Assembly: GCA_043756865.1 (NCBI GenBank)
Contig: JAYUQG010000024.1
Coordinates: forward strand, 27,259 to 91,258
DNA: 64,000 nt
Source of the DNA: a bacterium
Lineage (GTDB): Bacteria > Patescibacteriota > Minisyncoccia > Phycocordibacterales > UBA6899
Reading direction: 5' to 3'
A program made the position numbers and the translations under genes. Under the pieces are notes generated by a model. The model saw only the letters and a program-made list of their open reading frames with translations. It made no database searches and was not told the origin of the DNA. Below, piece after piece: positions 46,924 to 56,890 of the stretch. The first letter of the stretch is position 1. Each line of letters opens with the position of its first letter.

Positions 46924-47745
46924 ATGTTTGGATTCGAAGGAATCTTTAGCCTTCCGTGGTGGGGTCACCTCCTCGTTGCGCTCATTTTGACGCACATTAC
47001 CATTACGGGAGTGACGATTTACTTGCATCGTTCGCAGGCACACCGTGCACTCGAACTACGTGCGCCACTGGCACATTTTTACCGTCTCTGGCTTTGGCTC
47101 TCGACCGGGATGATTACAAAGGAGTGGGTCGCCATTCACCGCAAGCATCATGCGCGCTGCGAAATGGATGGAGATCCTCATTCTCCAATCGTTTGGCTTC
47201 GCGGAGTTGAAGGCATTTGGATGCGGGCCTTCGCCATGGTGCGCTGGGTGCTGTGGGTAGGTGTGCAAAAATACGTCACCGAATCCCGTATTACGGATAC
47301 CATGAAAGACTTCGGTGCCATGACTCCCGACGACTGGATTGAGCGGCGTGTGTACTCTGCTTTTCCAAAAGTAGGAATTCTCGTCATGCTCACGCTTGAC
47401 CTCGTTTGTTTTGGTCCGTGGGGCTTTCTCATTTGGGGAATCCAAATGATTTGGATTCCGGTGTTTGCTGCAGGCGTCATCAATGGAGTGGGACATTTCC
47501 TTGGCTACAGGAACTTTGAGAGCAAGCATCGCAGAACTGGCGTGGTTGATTCTTCGAGAAACATCTCCCCATGGGGCATTCTTATTGGAGGCGAAGAACT
47601 GCACAATAACCACCACGCGAACGAACTGTCACCAAAACTTTCGGCAAAATGGTTTGAGTTCGACATCGGATGGTGCTACATCACCATCTTCAGATGGCTC
47701 GGTCTCATCAAAAGCATTCGTCTTGATAGGCCATATCCTTCATAA
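46924..47745 (+). CDS. membrane fatty-acid desaturase family protein
   Basis: Histidine boxes HRSQAH, HRKHHA and HNNHH with TM helices. Start chosen at 46924, which has an AAGGGAA ribosome-binding site. The ORF-track start is GTG. Confidence 0.65.
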   Translation: MFGFEGIFSLPWWGHLLVALILTHITITGVTIYLHRSQAHRALELRAPLAHFYRLWLWLSTGMITKEWVAIHRKHHARCEMDGDPHSPIVWLRGVEGIWMRAFAMVRWVLWVGVQKYVTESRITDTMKDFGAMTPDDWIERRVYSAFPKVGILVMLTLDLVCFGPWGFLIWGIQMIWIPVFAAGVINGVGHFLGYRNFESKHRRTGVVDSSRNISPWGILIGGEELHNNHHANELSPKLSAKWFEFDIGWCYITIFRWLGLIKSIRLDRPYPS

Positions 47746-48059
47746 CGTCATAACGCGAGCAATGCTCGCGTTTTTTTTATCTAAGATAGTCTGATAGACA
47801 GACAGTAACCCGCAGGCCATTCTTTTGCTATAATAAAGTAAGGTACTGTCACAAAATAATTTGATCGTCTCGCTTCCATCTTTACCCCATCTTTCACTTA
47901 TTTCAATCGCGGAATCTTCACCGTAATCCTATTACGCCTCAGATTCTGCTCAGTCAGAAAAGGTAAATCTGTGGCAAATCTGAAACCGCCTGAGACCGAA
48001 AGTGACCACATTATTTTGTGACAGCGCCTAAACTCATTTATCAACCTTGTCATTTCATC

Positions 48060-49661
48060 ATGCATAAGAAAACTATTTTTTTCGTACTCCTCCTAGTTAT
48101 TGTGGTATTGCTATTTGCATTCAGTACAAAAAAGGATTCCGCCCCGCTCGCACCTGTAGCAACTCCGACGGAAGAGGTGGTGCTTAATAATGGAGATGTA
48201 TATAAAATGACTGCAGGTTATGTAACAAAGGATGTGGGTGGGAAGCCGATGCGCATGCTCGCATACAACGGTTCGATTCCTGGCCCGACCATTCGCGTGA
48301 ATGAGGGGGACGAAGTGACAATTCGTTTTGTAAATAATACTGACATGCCAACCCTGTTTCACTCGCACGGTGTGCGCATGGAGAACAAGTTTGATGGTTC
48401 ACAGTCCGTCCAGTCTGACATTTTGCCAGGTGAGTCATTTGAGTACAAATTGAAGTTCGCTGACCCGGGTGTGATGTGGTATCACCCTCACGTACGTGAA
48501 GACAAACAGCAGAATATGGGACTTTACGGTAACTTCGTGGTTACTCCCAAGGATCCCAATTTTTGGCCACAGGTTGACGGAGAAGAAACGCTCTTCCTTT
48601 CTGATGTTTTAATAGAGGGGGAGCAAATTGCTCCATATAGTGACAAGTTTGTTACACACGCACTCATGGGTCGTTTTGGTAACACACTTCTTGCGAACGG
48701 TGAGGTCTCGCATGTCATAAACGCTGCACCGGGAGAGGTGTATCGCTTGTATGTTACAAACGCCGCAACCGTGAGACCTTTCAACTTTGCTGTGAAGGGG
48801 GCAAAAATGAAGTTGGTTGGTGGTGACAATGGAAGATATGAAAAAGAGACGTTTGTTGAGAGTGTGGTGGTGGCACCCTCGGAGCGTGCCGTACTGGATG
48901 TACATTTCCCTGAAGCAGGTACCTACGCTCTTGAAAACCGTACACCCACGAAGGCCTATGAACTGGGAAGAATTTCCGTGGACGGAACTCGTGTGAGTGT
49001 CGCCAGTGTCACATTCGAAACACTGCGCAACAACCAAGAAGAGATTAAGCTGTTTAGTGGATTGCGCCGCTATCTGACAACTAAACCAGATGAACATATT
49101 ACCCTTACCATGAAGATGGATATGGCAAAGATTATGTCGCATATGGGGAGTGTCGCACCTGAGGGTGGCCATGCACATGGGGGCGCTGCTGCTGCGGGGC
49201 ACGATATGGCAGGAATGGACATGGCGAGTACTTCCGCCCACATGAGTACTCATACTGCAGTCCCGATAGAATGGGAAGATACGATGGGAGATATGAATAC
49301 ATTTTCAACTTCTGATACGGTAACGTGGATTATCAAAGACGTTGTGACTGGAAAGGAAAATATGGATATAAACTGGAAGTTCACACTGGGTTCATACGTA
49401 AAAATTCGCATCGACAACGACCCTAATTCGGGACATCCCATGCAACACCCGGTACATTTCCACGGTAATCGCTTTGCAGTACTTTCCACCAACGGAGTGC
49501 CAAATGACAATATGGTATGGAAAGATACAACACAGCTCAAAACTGGCGAGTCAATCGACATTTTGCTTGAAGTCACAAACCCTGGAATATGGATGGCACA
49601 CTGTCATATTGCCGAGCACATGCATAGTGGCATGATGTTTAATTATACGGTGCAACCGTAG
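48060..49661 (+). CDS. multicopper oxidase (laccase/CueO-like) with His/Met-rich insert
   Basis: Cu-binding motifs HSHG, WYHPH and C-terminal HCHIAEHMHSGMM. N-terminal signal/TM segment. His/Met-rich stretch HMGSVAPEGGHAHGGAAAAGHDMAGMDMASTSAHMSTH. Confidence 0.75.
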   Translation: MHKKTIFFVLLLVIVVLLFAFSTKKDSAPLAPVATPTEEVVLNNGDVYKMTAGYVTKDVGGKPMRMLAYNGSIPGPTIRVNEGDEVTIRFVNNTDMPTLFHSHGVRMENKFDGSQSVQSDILPGESFEYKLKFADPGVMWYHPHVREDKQQNMGLYGNFVVTPKDPNFWPQVDGEETLFLSDVLIEGEQIAPYSDKFVTHALMGRFGNTLLANGEVSHVINAAPGEVYRLYVTNAATVRPFNFAVKGAKMKLVGGDNGRYEKETFVESVVVAPSERAVLDVHFPEAGTYALENRTPTKAYELGRISVDGTRVSVASVTFETLRNNQEEIKLFSGLRRYLTTKPDEHITLTMKMDMAKIMSHMGSVAPEGGHAHGGAAAAGHDMAGMDMASTSAHMSTHTAVPIEWEDTMGDMNTFSTSDTVTWIIKDVVTGKENMDINWKFTLGSYVKIRIDNDPNSGHPMQHPVHFHGNRFAVLSTNGVPNDNMVWKDTTQLKTGESIDILLEVTNPGIWMAHCHIAEHMHSGMMFNYTVQP

Positions 49662-49769
49662 CATGCTGACTCCTGAGCAGTGTTTTGGTCACACATGCTC
49701 AACTCTGCGTTGTATACAGCACGTCTGTAGTATTGTTTTATTCCTGCTAAAAAAGATATAATTAAGACT

Positions 49770-50972
49770 ATGGCTATTATCGCTTCTGTCGGCTCATCTC
49801 ATGTGTCTGATTCCTTCAGCGCAGGCGCAACCGCATCGCGCGATGCTTTCGAAGGCTTAAAGGGCGCAACACCGTCATTTGGATTCGTATTTTCTTCAAT
49901 AGTATTTGACCAGCAGGAAATGTTACTCGGAGTATATTCGATAGCGCCCGATGTCACATTTATTGGTTGTTCCACTGCAGGAGAGATTACTAATCAGGGC
50001 TCACTCCCTGACTCCTCTGTTGTGGTTATGCTTATTTCCTCCGATAACACGCTTGTGTTTTCGCCCGGTCTCGGAAGGGGGGTCAAGAATGGAGAATTTA
50101 CCGCTGGGGTCGGGCTCGCAGAGTCGATACTCTCGCGTGCAGGAAAGGCACCATTACGCGGATGCATCATGCTCCCAGACGGTCTTGCGGGGAATGGCGC
50201 AGAAATTGTTCGAGGCATGTTAAGTGTCCTCGGGCAACATTTCCCACTGGTTGGAGGCTCTGCAGGAGACGATTATCGCTTCAAGGAAACATATCAATAT
50301 TGGAACGGGGAAGTGCATAGCGGTGACGCAGTCGGGGTTGGGCTTTCAGGAGATTTTACATATGGAGTCGGCGTAAAGCATGGCTGGGGAGTGCTCGGGA
50401 TGCCCTCCAAGGTCACTAAATCCAAAAGCAATGTGATTCACGAAATTGACGGGCGTCCCGCAATGGAACTTTATGAAAAGTATTTTGGCGACAAGGCGAA
50501 AGATTTACGCAATGAAACACTTGCCCAGCTGGCAGTATCGTATCCGCTCGGATTAAAAGTGGAAGGTAGTGAAGAATATCTCATTCGCGACCCGCTGTCC
50601 GTCGATGAGCATGGGTCCATTACATGCGCTGCAGAAGTGCCCGAAGGGGCAGATGTGCGCATTATGATGGGTACACGCAAGAGCGCAATAGACATGGCCC
50701 GCACTGCGGCAAAGCAGGCACTCACCGCTCTTGAGGGAAAGAAACCCAAAGCAATTTTTATTTTTAATTGTATTGCGCGCAAGAAACTGCTCGGTGAGGA
50801 CCGAGGACTTGAAATCACGGCAATTCAAGATGTGCTTGGTAAAGAAGTGCCACTCATCGGGCTCTATACGTATGGAGAACAAGCACCGCTCGATGGAATT
50901 GTGCGCAACATGGAACGATGTAACACGGTGTTTCACAACGAGACAGTAGTGATTTACGTTATCGGGGAGTAG
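49770..50972 (+). CDS. FIST domain protein (FIST N + FIST C), paralog 1
   Basis: The C-terminal LIGLYTYGEQAPLDG...NTVFHNETVVIYVIGE matches the FIST C signature. About 400 aa. Confidence 0.55.
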   Translation: MAIIASVGSSHVSDSFSAGATASRDAFEGLKGATPSFGFVFSSIVFDQQEMLLGVYSIAPDVTFIGCSTAGEITNQGSLPDSSVVVMLISSDNTLVFSPGLGRGVKNGEFTAGVGLAESILSRAGKAPLRGCIMLPDGLAGNGAEIVRGMLSVLGQHFPLVGGSAGDDYRFKETYQYWNGEVHSGDAVGVGLSGDFTYGVGVKHGWGVLGMPSKVTKSKSNVIHEIDGRPAMELYEKYFGDKAKDLRNETLAQLAVSYPLGLKVEGSEEYLIRDPLSVDEHGSITCAAEVPEGADVRIMMGTRKSAIDMARTAAKQALTALEGKKPKAIFIFNCIARKKLLGEDRGLEITAIQDVLGKEVPLIGLYTYGEQAPLDGIVRNMERCNTVFHNETVVIYVIGE

Positions 50973-51045
50973 TTACACGGCGGTCCTTCAGTGTATGCAC
51001 CACATCTACTTTCGCATTTTAGAAAAATGTATATAATTAATTTAT

Positions 51046-52251
51046 ATGGCCATATTTGCTTCAGTCGGTTCATCACACGAATTTGATTCGTTCAGCGCAG
51101 GTGCGACTGCATCACGCATTGCAAAAGAGGGATTGAAGGACGCCGTACCCTCATTTGGTTTTGTATTTGCATCGACGAAGTTTGATCAGCAGGAAATGTT
51201 GCGCGGAGTGTATTCGATAGCGCCCGACGTCACATTCATCGGCTGTTCATCAGCGGGAGAAATTACCAATAGCGGTCCGCTGCAAGATCCGTCAGTCGTA
51301 GTGATGATGATCTCGGGAGGAAACACACTTTCGTTCGCACCGGGAATTGGCACGAACATTAAAGGCGGAGAGTTTGATGCGGGAGCAGCACTCGCAGACT
51401 CTATACTTGCAAGAGCGGGGAAAGCACCTCTTACGGGGTGTATCATGTTTTCAGACGGTGTTGCCGGCAACGGCGCAGAAATTGTGCGTGGGGCGCTGAG
51501 TGTGCTTGGTGACACCTTTCCTTTGGTGGGAGGTTCAGCGGGTGATGATTTTCAATTCAAGAAAACATATCAGTACTGGAATGGCGAGCCACATACGGGA
51601 GACACTGTCGGTGTCGGTCTTTCTGGAGACTTCGTTTTTGGAGTGGGCGTGAAGCATGGCTGGGGAGTACTTGGACGTCCCGCAAAAGTAACAAAATCCG
51701 AGAATAACATTGTGCATGAGATTGATGGCAAGCCCGCGTTTGAGCTCTATGAAAAATATTTTGGGGTGGAGAGGGCGAAGCAGTTGCGGGAGGGGAACCT
51801 CGCTCAGTTTGCTGTTTCATACCCACTTGGTATTAAATCGAAAGAAACTGACGACTATCTATTGCGTGCACCATTTTCTGTAGATGCAAATGGTGCCATT
51901 GCGTGTACCGCAGAGATTCCCGAAGGCGCAGACGTGCGTATCATGATGGGTACACGGGAGACCGCAATTGAGATGGCGCGCACTGCGGCACAACAGGCGC
52001 TTACTGCACTTGGCGGCAAGAAGCCTGTAGCGATTTTTATTTTCAATTGTATTGCGCGTCGCAAACTACTGGGCGAAGACGGTGGGCTTGAAATTGCCGC
52101 AATCCAAGATGTGCTTGGCAAGGACGTACCGCTTGCTGGTCTCTATACCTATGGCGAGCAGGCACCACTTGATGGCATCGTGCGGCACATGGAACGGTGC
52201 AATAATGTCTTTCATAACGAAACAGTAGTGATTTACGTCATAGGAGAGTAG
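51046..52251 (+). CDS. FIST domain protein, paralog 2 (tandem duplicate)
   Basis: Co-linear with, and about 80% identical to, the preceding gene. The TATATAATTAA-containing leader is also duplicated. Confidence 0.55.
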   Translation: MAIFASVGSSHEFDSFSAGATASRIAKEGLKDAVPSFGFVFASTKFDQQEMLRGVYSIAPDVTFIGCSSAGEITNSGPLQDPSVVVMMISGGNTLSFAPGIGTNIKGGEFDAGAALADSILARAGKAPLTGCIMFSDGVAGNGAEIVRGALSVLGDTFPLVGGSAGDDFQFKKTYQYWNGEPHTGDTVGVGLSGDFVFGVGVKHGWGVLGRPAKVTKSENNIVHEIDGKPAFELYEKYFGVERAKQLREGNLAQFAVSYPLGIKSKETDDYLLRAPFSVDANGAIACTAEIPEGADVRIMMGTRETAIEMARTAAQQALTALGGKKPVAIFIFNCIARRKLLGEDGGLEIAAIQDVLGKDVPLAGLYTYGEQAPLDGIVRHMERCNNVFHNETVVIYVIGE

Positions 52252-52265
52252 TGCTCATAAATACA

Positions 52266-52296
52266 AAAACGCACAAGCCCAAGCTTGTGCGTTTTT
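52266..52296. terminator. bidirectional terminator
   Basis: AAAAACGCACAAGC-ccaa-GCTTGTGCGTTTTT between convergent genes. Confidence 0.65.
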
Positions 52297-52324
52297 CGTA
52301 ACAACTACGAGTCCACCTATTTCC

Positions 52325-52669
52325 TCACTTGGAACAGCCCGAAAGTTCCGCGAGCGATTCAAGCGATTGTGCTCCGAGTGTGCGTTTGCCGCTACTGTGT
52401 TCCCATGTCGGTAAGTATTTGACCCCTTGTTCGGTGCAAAGTGCATTTTTCTGCATGCTTCCTTCTGGGAAGCATGCGACTATATCCGCCTGTACACCAG
52501 CATCGCTCAGTGTTTTAAGCTGTGCCTTACAGTATGGACACCACCATGCCGTATAAAACTTCATTCCTGAAGTAGTCAGACACTTACTGAGCGCCTCGGG
52601 TTGAATGGGTAAGGCTAGGGCGGGGCCAATAAGCGCCATGGAAAGAGAGAGTGTGGCAAGCAATCGCAT
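52325..52669 (-). CDS. secreted thioredoxin-fold (glutaredoxin-like CPYC) protein
   Basis: Signal peptide MRLLATLSLSMALIGPALALP, then a WCPYC active-site motif. Confidence 0.5.
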   Translation of the reverse strand: MRLLATLSLSMALIGPALALPIQPEALSKCLTTSGMKFYTAWWCPYCKAQLKTLSDAGVQADIVACFPEGSMQKNALCTEQGVKYLPTWEHSSGKRTLGAQSLESLAELSGCSK

Positions 52670-52722
52670 ATTGATACCTTGAGTGACACCTCGCCCCACT
52701 CTAGGGGCAATCACGCATTAAT

Positions 52723-53637
52723 TCAAGTATGCAGGGTGCTTTGTCTATCGTAGATGCGCTTTCTGCCTTTTCCTGCTGAGAGATTTGTATATTTGCGGAA
52801 TTCACATCCGACACCTTCCCAGTTTTCGGCAGACAGATGTAATGGTTTCCCGTGAATAGTAACCCCAGTAGTAAATGGCATGCGCGCAAGTTCGGTGACA
52901 AGGATTGTGGGGTCTTTCGCCGGGTTTAGATTTTTAAATGTGGGCAGGGCACCCGGACCGATCGGAAATCGACCAAAGAGGTCAATGTATTCGGGGAATT
53001 GATATGCCACATCAATCAATACCTCTGTCCAGAGAAATGTGAGATTGTGTCCAAAAACGGGAAGTATATCTCTGACTCCATCATAGACGGTGCGTTTGTT
53101 CCACGTGCGAATAATTGCACCCACCTCGGGGATACGGCTCGGCACATATGTAGTGAGAAAAAGTTCTCTCGTCGGTGTGGCACTTCGGAGGATTGTGCTC
53201 ACGGGGAATACATAGGGCGTGCCATATCGAGGTCGCGGGGATTTCATCAATCGCTCATACAGCTCTGCGTTTTCTCTTTTCTCGAGCGCCAGCAAGCCCA
53301 CCGTGTTGATAGTCTCTGTACGGGCCACCATGCGGCAATAAAACATATTGATGAGCCAAAGTGGAAAGTTGTCGCGTAGGGGATTGAGCATTGTGTGAAA
53401 CTCAATTGTTTGTCGATCGAACTCACGGAAGATATTGCAGAATCGATACTTGGCAAGAATGTGGTCATCCGTATATGGAGATGATTTGCCGGAAACTTTT
53501 TGTTCCCATATGCGCATACGTTCGCGGACAAACCACGCAAGGTCATTAGGAATAGTCTGCTTCAGTGGGTGTAATGTCGGCGTAGTGTGCCCTTCCCAGT
53601 GTCGGTAAAGAGAGATGAGGTCAGAGGGGAGTTCCAT
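52723..53637 (-). CDS. hypothetical protein
   Basis: 304-aa ORF with good composition. No motif recognised. Confidence 0.4.
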   Translation of the reverse strand: MELPSDLISLYRHWEGHTTPTLHPLKQTIPNDLAWFVRERMRIWEQKVSGKSSPYTDDHILAKYRFCNIFREFDRQTIEFHTMLNPLRDNFPLWLINMFYCRMVARTETINTVGLLALEKRENAELYERLMKSPRPRYGTPYVFPVSTILRSATPTRELFLTTYVPSRIPEVGAIIRTWNKRTVYDGVRDILPVFGHNLTFLWTEVLIDVAYQFPEYIDLFGRFPIGPGALPTFKNLNPAKDPTILVTELARMPFTTGVTIHGKPLHLSAENWEGVGCEFRKYTNLSAGKGRKRIYDRQSTLHT

Positions 53638-53783
53638 AAAGTGTTGTGCCCATTCTATCTTTCATTCTGGAGTATTCCAGTCCAGTTCACGGTTTCTTCG
53701 CATTTGCTTGTTATACTCTGTTCAGTCACTAGTCACAATAATCCATTGTGTTCATTATAAAATTTAAATAATTATCTACTCGT

Positions 53784-54686
53784 ATGCAAAAAATAGTTCC
53801 ACACTTGTGGTTTGATAAAGAAGCTAAGGAGGCTGCTGAATTCTACACCTCGTTATTTCCACATTCAAAAATCACCAATGTTACCACTCTGCATGGAACG
53901 CCATCTGGGGATTGTGACATAGTATCTTTTGATCTGTGGGGGTATTCATTTATGTCAATCAGTGCTGGCCCGTTATTTAAATTTAATCCCACCATATCTT
54001 TCATGGTCAATTTTGATCCATCGAAAGACAAGGACGCGAAGACTCAAATTGATGCTGTGTGGGCTAAGCTTTTGGAAGGCGGGAAGGTGCTCATGCCCTT
54101 GGGAGAGTACCCTTTTAGCGAACGGTATGGCTGGGTAGAGGATAAATATGGGCTGACATGGCAGCTCATACTTACCAAGCCAGAGGGTGAAGAGCGTCCT
54201 CACATCATCCCCTCTCTCCTGTTCGTCGGGGACGTGTGCGGTAAAGCAAAGGAGGCCTCTGACTTTTACATTTCAGTATTTAACGAATCAAGGCGTGGGG
54301 CAATTGCTTATTATCCGGACGGCATGGAGCCTGACAAGAAGGGAGCAGTCATGTTTACCGACTTCACACTCGAAGACGGATGGTTTGCAGCAATGGACAG
54401 TGCTCGTATGCATGATTTCAGTTTCAATGAAGCGGTTTCACTTATCGTAAATTGCGATACGCAAGAAGAAATTGACCATTATTGGGAAAAACTTTCTGCG
54501 GTCCCTGAATCAGAACAATGCGGATGGCTAAAAGATAAGTATGGCGTGTCATGGCAGATTGTTCCGACTGCGATGAAGAGGATGATGGAAAGTGGTGACA
54601 AACAAAAGATGGCGCGCGTCACGCAGGCGTTTCTTCAGATGAAAAAGTTCGATATTACTGCGCTTGAGCAGGCGTATGCGGGATAA
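53784..54686 (+). CDS. VOC family protein, tandem PhnB-like (3-demethylubiquinone-9 3-methyltransferase-type) domains
   Basis: Two repeats, each beginning ...HLWFDKEAKEAAEFY.../...LLFVGDVCGKAKEASDFY..., typical of the PhnB-like glyoxalase-fold family. Confidence 0.55.
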   Translation: MQKIVPHLWFDKEAKEAAEFYTSLFPHSKITNVTTLHGTPSGDCDIVSFDLWGYSFMSISAGPLFKFNPTISFMVNFDPSKDKDAKTQIDAVWAKLLEGGKVLMPLGEYPFSERYGWVEDKYGLTWQLILTKPEGEERPHIIPSLLFVGDVCGKAKEASDFYISVFNESRRGAIAYYPDGMEPDKKGAVMFTDFTLEDGWFAAMDSARMHDFSFNEAVSLIVNCDTQEEIDHYWEKLSAVPESEQCGWLKDKYGVSWQIVPTAMKRMMESGDKQKMARVTQAFLQMKKFDITALEQAYAG

Positions 54687-54722
54687 TAACAGTAAAACAA
54701 GCGCAAAACAGTTGTAACACGC

Positions 54723-55244
54723 CTAACCTCGCGCCCTCAATAAGAGATCGCTATACGAATCTGCCAACAAGTTTGTAGTGGGGATTGCAAAAAGTTCGAG
54801 GTAGTACGCACATTGTGCGAGTAACTGCTCTTTCCCGATAGTGCCGTCCATGTCGATTGCTTCTATTTCTACAAATGTACCCAAATCTTCAACGGAATCG
54901 AGATGAAATTTTACGTTCGCAATATAGTAAATCTCGCGCTGTTTATCAACTGTCACCAACGCTCCGAGAGACTTAAGGAGAATCTCTTTCAGTGTTGACG
55001 CGGGGTCAGCAGCGAACAGTGTGACGTGTGATTGCTTGGGGCCCTCGATATTTTCTCGTTCATAGTGAATAAGATAATTCTCTATATTTCCTTCTCGGAG
55101 TTTGAGTCTGCCTGAGCGGATGTTGAAGTAGGTGTCTATTTGACGGTCGACTCCCTTAAACTCCGCTTGTTCTGCGCGGAGAATTTCTCGGATTGCGTTT
55201 TGATCTGCGCACTGCGCTTTGATTTCTACGTTGAGGTGGGGCAT
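54723..55244 (-). CDS. CYTH domain protein / class IV adenylate cyclase (CyaB-like)
   Basis: N-terminal EIK motif (LNVEIKAQC), RLKLREG, and C-terminal FVEIEAID acidic motifs of the CYTH fold. Confidence 0.55.
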   Translation of the reverse strand: MPHLNVEIKAQCADQNAIREILRAEQAEFKGVDRQIDTYFNIRSGRLKLREGNIENYLIHYERENIEGPKQSHVTLFAADPASTLKEILLKSLGALVTVDKQREIYYIANVKFHLDSVEDLGTFVEIEAIDMDGTIGKEQLLAQCAYYLELFAIPTTNLLADSYSDLLLRARG

Positions 55245-55438
55245 GGGGATATTGTAGCATTGCTACCCGCCTCTCGAGTTGTTGCGGAGGCATTGGGAAT
55301 TTCGACCCTTACAGGGTCAGTACCCCTTTCCCATTTACTCAGGATAAGAATCCTTCATAAATATGGGAGAAGGGCTTCGAATCCCACACGCAAGCAAAGC
55401 AGTTTGCTTGCTCGTCTCCGTTTCTCGAAGACTCAAAA

Positions 55439-55525
55439 CGGAGACGGTGGGATTCGAACCCACGGGGGAATTTACTCCCCGCCTCGTTAGCAGTGAGGTA
55501 CTTTAGACCACTCAGCCACGTCTCC
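55439..55525 (-). tRNA. tRNA-Ser (GCU)
   Basis: Minus strand: acceptor GGAGACG/CGTCTCC, D-arm GCTGAGTGGTCTAAAG, anticodon loop CTGCTAA (anticodon GCT), long variable arm GGGGAGTAAATTCCCC, T-arm GTGGGTTCGAATCCCAC, discriminator G. 87 nt. Confidence 0.8.
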
Positions 55526-55606
55526 ATATATATAGTACATCCGCCAAGTGCAGAGGTACGTGTTGCTAACTTAGCACAAAACTATTATTTTTCAAAAAAT
55601 CCCCCA

Positions 55607-56068
55607 TTAGGGGGACGGCGAAAGGAGTGCGTTTCTCCAGAGTACGAAGTTGCGTGCTGTAGGCGCTCTCCCTTTTGCGCGGATGTATTTGCCGTAGAAA
55701 TCCCATTCTGAGACAAATTCCTCAACGCGTCCAAGGAAAACCGGAATACCTTTTTTGGTTGCATGTTGCGCTTCGAAGTCGGCTCCGCGCGATTCGCCTG
55801 GAAGGCGTATCATCACGTCACATTTTTCAAGCCAAATGAAATCGAGACGAATCCAGTCGTGATATGGTCGATTACACTTGAAATGCCAGAAGTGGGTGAG
55901 GTGGGGGATATGCGGGATGAAGTTATTGTTGAAGAGCACGTTCGCCTGCTCTATTGCAAAGCCGGTGTTGATTGCGGGGTCAGGCTTTGTGTAGGGTCCG
56001 GCGACATAGACGGTTCCGTTGTGCGGAATGTCTGCCCGCATTAGGTCATCCAAAGAGTACGTGGACAT
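55607..56068 (-). CDS. DUF4406-like (nucleoside 2-deoxyribosyltransferase-like fold) protein
   Basis: VYVAGPYTKPD...CDVMIRLPGESRGADFEAQHATKKGIPVF matches DUF4406 (IaGPmtG...LpGWe.S.Ga..E...A...g.pv). Confidence 0.45.
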   Translation of the reverse strand: MSTYSLDDLMRADIPHNGTVYVAGPYTKPDPAINTGFAIEQANVLFNNNFIPHIPHLTHFWHFKCNRPYHDWIRLDFIWLEKCDVMIRLPGESRGADFEAQHATKKGIPVFLGRVEEFVSEWDFYGKYIRAKGRAPTARNFVLWRNALLSPSP

Positions 56069-56145
56069 GGGGGTCCTCCAGATATCTTTGTCTAATCTAA
56101 TCGTGCAGAGGGTATCGGTCAATGAGCACCATCCTACGTGTGTAC

Positions 56146-56793
56146 TTAGTGTGCGACAGCAATTGCGAGCACGCGCTTTGGGCCGTGGGATTTGATGGCC
56201 TTGCGCGCCTCCGCAATTGTCGCGCCTGTGGTGATGACGTCGTCGATAAGAATGACCGTTTTTCCGACAAGATATGCGCCATGCTGCACCGCGAAGATTC
56301 CCGCCACGTTTTCTTGGCGACCTATTTTGCTCCGCGCTCGCGCCTGCTGAGTATTTTCTTTTGTTTTAAAAAGAATGTCTCCGCGCACGACAAGTGTCAT
56401 GTGGTCTTTTTCTGCACAGCGTGCAATTGCCTGCGCAATGATTCTCGCGTGATTATAGCCTCGCGTTGCGACGGCCTTTTTGCTTGCGGGAACCGGAATG
56501 AGCACGATTTCATCGTTTTTGCCCTCTCCGCGACGTGCGAGCTGTTTGAAAAATTCTCTATACAAAGCGGTGCCGAAGTAATTACCCAACGCGCGTTTGC
56601 GATGGTATTTTAAAGCCCAAACTGCCTTTTTGACGAGGGGGTTCTTGTAGTCGAATAGGGCAGCAACAGTGCCAGAAAGTGCCTGTGGCTTCGTTGTAAT
56701 AGTGCGCTCGCAGATGGCGCACAGCACGCTCCCTTTCTTGTCGCAGCTAATACAGCGCTCTGGGAAAAGTAATGAAATAAGGTCGTCCCACAT
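56146..56793 (-). CDS. comF: ComF family protein (competence protein F, phosphoribosyltransferase domain)
   Basis: N-terminal Cys4 zinc finger CISCD...CAICE. C-terminal PRTase motif VILIDDVITTGATIAEA. The ORF extends to 57027, and the start chosen is MWDDL at 56793. Confidence 0.6.
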   Translation of the reverse strand: MWDDLISLLFPERCISCDKKGSVLCAICERTITTKPQALSGTVAALFDYKNPLVKKAVWALKYHRKRALGNYFGTALYREFFKQLARRGEGKNDEIVLIPVPASKKAVATRGYNHARIIAQAIARCAEKDHMTLVVRGDILFKTKENTQQARARSKIGRQENVAGIFAVQHGAYLVGKTVILIDDVITTGATIAEARKAIKSHGPKRVLAIAVAH

Positions 56794-56890
56794 ATGTAGC
56801 AACAGTCTACCTTCCTTTGTCGTACCCGCAAACGTGCGTACGCGGTGCGACCGTGGAAGCGCGTATTCACTATAGGATTTCGAGTGTGGT

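Noticed and set aside
55140-55527. ORFs 55140-55490 (+) and 55339-55527 (-)
   Set aside because: They read straight through tRNA-Ser and its decayed duplicate.
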